Positions 62,601 to 64,000 of a stretch of DNA of 64,000 nucleotides are shown here, piece by piece. The position numbers and the translations under genes were made by a program. Source of the DNA: Gemmatimonadota bacterium (GTDB lineage: Bacteria > Gemmatimonadota > Gemmatimonadetes > JACCXV01 > JAHWKZ01); the NCBI GenBank assembly GCA_039588915.1, contig JBDGYV010000001.1:26365-90364 (forward strand). Reading direction: 5' to 3'. The number at the start of each line of letters is the position of its first letter. The first letter of the stretch is position 1. The notes under the pieces were generated by a model. The model was not told where the DNA came from. It ran no database searches and saw nothing but the letters and a program-made list of their open reading frames with translations.

Positions 62601-62730
62601 GCGCCTCGATCCCGAAGCGGCGCTCGCGCCGTGGCGGGGTGTGTTACCGAAGGGCGCCCTCGACTCGGTACGTGCGTACCTCGAATCACTCGCCGAGGCC
62701 GGCGTGCGATCCGCGTCAGGGACCGAGTGA
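59671..62730 (+). CDS. 1019-aa membrane-anchored hypothetical giant protein
   Basis: N-terminal TM helices WTSVAVAAAFVFALLAWEI and LGYLAVTIAAIVSGWRLV are present. A beta-rich middle spans about residues 200-470. A ~500-aa Ala/Arg/Glu/Leu-rich helical tail follows. No catalytic motif was recognised. Confidence 0.65.
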   Translation: MSTYRDPEVVFRELCAAARGRRHQRLGWTSVAVAAAFVFALLAWEIMIGPAGVLRGLGYLAVTIAAIVSGWRLVDAWRRSVIESADVVAELGRLFPQTRGTLEALLEDPRAGLAAARQRSAASWLERRGSARLDSALADHDRSGIARRRWLAFAMGAVAALTAVSQPTAASRVAGVLRRPQQAWRSPTVEWTIAPGDIDVAYGEELVGQATILGPPSRGPLLLESRPPASAWRAETLAAGRTGSWRWSEITGPFEYRLRFGPFTSPVHQVTVRVPVAMVRVEARFEGEAWVPLAGRAVPTGETLEIRGAASQRIDAAWVQWADGRKTSLDIEGVTFAGPVQLAVGEARVLARTRSGVETSPTSFTVIGVGPAFVELLRPEDDPTVLGSAGVWLEVRTGAAAGLQELRWDTDDGRSGLIGDVGGTRDTIVVAIARLGTQRSPGDSFRFRVVARPLHGGPAATEWRTAVIAGRAALSAEAAADRAAAGREIDRALQAAQRGVRGEGSTGDQRELDARLRAAADSLAQTLDRTLADPDLHPGLAERLAAYRRLLEGTSQADLIPQPGLPNESDAELSARASMLEAIREGLAETEALIQLSMTADTLTGLARSEDELASDTRQTDPGRLGAEIEPRQSEIDVAASAASEQLPDSLRTAVEAALENVGEQIADRDPAALATAQQQAAETLDWAAGRARTEVDRAAGAAAARRIAIDRAGAEVLFLAQRQRELAEAMGGPPPGASQHADRVSRQAVVGRGLEGALGELVEAIGGRPAGVELATRLAQAVFSVRYAGEAVVTSPGQGLRNSQAQAAAEDAAAALMLLARAFLLPDSEGTTGGAEGAAGSSGQVARQLESMAQAERSLADALGSSDEPVGGNPEAAVAQREIGRQLNDVAEELLEMGIDIRTVQGLEAAVEELARQLERGVPGARADTDLRALARRLADVGRMVEQETTDRRRAEAARSFVPETPSPLPPRASAPRLDPEAALAPWRGVLPKGALDSVRAYLESLAEAGVRSASGTE

Positions 62731-64000
62731 GCGATCGTCGGAGGTCGATTGGCGTCGTCGCGGCTGTCGTGCTGGTGGCGGGACTTGCGATCGCCGCCCC
62801 CGGAGTGTCTCAGACTCTCGAGATGCTGGAAGCCGGGCGATCAGCCGCCAATCGGGGCGACCATGCCGAGGCATTTGCTCGTTTTAGGGCCGCATACCAG
62901 CCGCTCGAGGATCACCCGATGGCGCTGGCCGGGATGGCTCGCGCCGCGGCACACCTAAACGAGGTCGACCGTTTCCGCGCAGTGCTCGACAGCCTCGCGG
63001 TCAGAGAAGACGTGGGCCCGAACGCGCTTTCGTACTGGGCTGCGCTGTCGCTCGAAGCCGGTGTCGAGCCGGTCACGGTCGTCGATCGGTTTGATGCATA
63101 CCTCGATCAGCGACCGGGCGAATTCGGGCCGTTGGCGAGGTTGTTCCGCGTCCTGCTCGGGCAGCGCGCGCACGCGGGTGCGGCGGTGCTCCTCGATCGC
63201 GCCCGCGATCGGGGTGCCGAGCTAGCGGCGGTGGCGATGTTGCGCGGCGAGCTGGAGTTGGATCGACAGGACCCCGGGGCCGCATTGACCGCGTATCTGA
63301 CCGCGGTCAGTTACGGCGGTGCGACGCTCGTAGGAGCGATCGCGGCGATTGAGGCGCTGCTCGAGAAGTGGTCGCCGAGCTTGGCGACGGAGATCGCTGT
63401 CGAAAGGCTGGAGGCGGCCAAAGCGGGAGCGGATGCACGAGCGGCCGCGTTGCTGTCGCCGCTCGTGGTGCAAACGTGGATCAAGGCAGGTGATTGGACG
63501 CGAGCGATCACTGCGGCGAACGATCCAGCGCTCGGGCTGGCCACGCGCGGTGAGCAGCTGCGTCGTGTTGCGGCTGCGGCGCTGCCGGTGACACCGGCCG
63601 CCGCCAGCCGCGCATTGGATGTGCTTTTTGATCTAGGACCGCCGGCCACGAGACCGGCCGACCGCTTGCTCTCGGCCGAGATCGCCCGCGCGACTGGCGA
63701 CCACGGCCGGGCTGCATCCGAGCTCAGAGCGGCGGCGCGGGCCGGGGTGCCCGGCGCCGACCAGGGCGCGTGGGTGGCGGAAGTCGCTGCAGCTCGGGTG
63801 GCCGGTGATTTCGCCGCCGTCGAGCGTGCGCTCGAGCGCGCGCGTGCGGAGGGCGTCGATTCGGCGGCGCTCGGCGTGCCGCTCGGGGACCTGTGGCTGA
63901 GCCGGCAACGACCCGATAGTGCCATCGCATCTTACGCGCGCGCGATCAGCGAGGACGATGCGACCGCTGCGGCACTCGAAGCGCTTGAGCGCGCGCGACT
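62727..64000 (+). CDS. Exported TPR-like/alpha-helical repeat protein (partial, continues past window end)
   Basis: It is not in the ORF track because no stop occurs before 64000. The GTG at 62727 overlaps the giant-protein stop (GTGA). The signal is VSDRRRSIGVVAAVVLVAGLAIAAPGVSQT. The open frame then runs through Ala/Leu/Arg-rich helical repeats to the end. Confidence 0.5.
   Translation, partial: MSDRRRSIGVVAAVVLVAGLAIAAPGVSQTLEMLEAGRSAANRGDHAEAFARFRAAYQPLEDHPMALAGMARAAAHLNEVDRFRAVLDSLAVREDVGPNALSYWAALSLEAGVEPVTVVDRFDAYLDQRPGEFGPLARLFRVLLGQRAHAGAAVLLDRARDRGAELAAVAMLRGELELDRQDPGAALTAYLTAVSYGGATLVGAIAAIEALLEKWSPSLATEIAVERLEAAKAGADARAAALLSPLVVQTWIKAGDWTRAITAANDPALGLATRGEQLRRVAAAALPVTPAAASRALDVLFDLGPPATRPADRLLSAEIARATGDHGRAASELRAAARAGVPGADQGAWVAEVAAARVAGDFAAVERALERARAEGVDSAALGVPLGDLWLSRQRPDSAIASYARAISEDDATAAALEALERAR

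Noticed and set aside
63311-63930. Long minus-strand ORFs (for example 63311..63925, 204 aa)
   Set aside because: The translations are Ala/Arg/Ser/Pro low-complexity, typical of antisense frames in high-GC coding DNA. The plus-strand frame instead carries a signal peptide and helical repeats continuing from a GTGA-coupled start.
1-64000. CRISPR arrays, rRNA, tRNA, insertion sequences
   Set aside because: No regularly spaced direct repeats, no rRNA-like conserved blocks, no cloverleaf candidates and no transposase or integrase ORFs were seen on either strand.

Overview
This is a 64-kb window of high-GC (about 65%) bacterial chromosome, very gene-dense, and it reads as core genome rather than an accessory island. 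About 60 genes sit on the + strand and a single small lipoprotein gene on the - strand. Many neighbouring genes are translationally coupled through GTGA/ATGA overlaps. From start to end the window carries secA, rho, radC, a small MraZ/AbrB-like ORF, rel, a LolA-like gene, uvrB, tsaE-tsaB-rimI, accD-folC-hisS-guaA, a lipoprotein/TPR/LolB-like/LptE-like cluster, an HNH endonuclease, a CPA2 antiporter, a GT2 glycosyltransferase, pgeF, the rimP-nusA-(L7Ae-like)-infB-DUF503-rbfA::truB-ribF-rpsO-pnp block, ald, dut, mreBCD-mrdA-rodA, ssb, a secreted-protein/SpoIID/CAP trio, ispG, a Gfo/Idh/MocA oxidoreductase, lnt, rpmE, prfA, two tandem HemK-family methyltransferases, murA, rsmI, a coupled DUF4159-like ORF, a sensor kinase with a sigma-54 (NtrC-type) response regulator, and then a tightly packed string of four envelope-type hypothetical genes running off the window end. 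I found no rRNA, tRNA, CRISPR array, transposase, integrase or phage genes. The most unusual local features are the RR-coupled envelope gene string ending in a 1019-aa bitopic giant protein, an in-frame rbfA-truB fusion, a Rho that lacks the N-terminal helix bundle, and a HemK paralog with VPPY in place of NPPY inserted between prfA and prmC. Also notable are an AT-rich island with a compact tandem swapped-hairpin protein immediately upstream of rel, and several hairpin or inverted-repeat elements in leaders and intergenic regions. All calls rest on reading the supplied ORF translations and the raw sequence; I ran no database searches.
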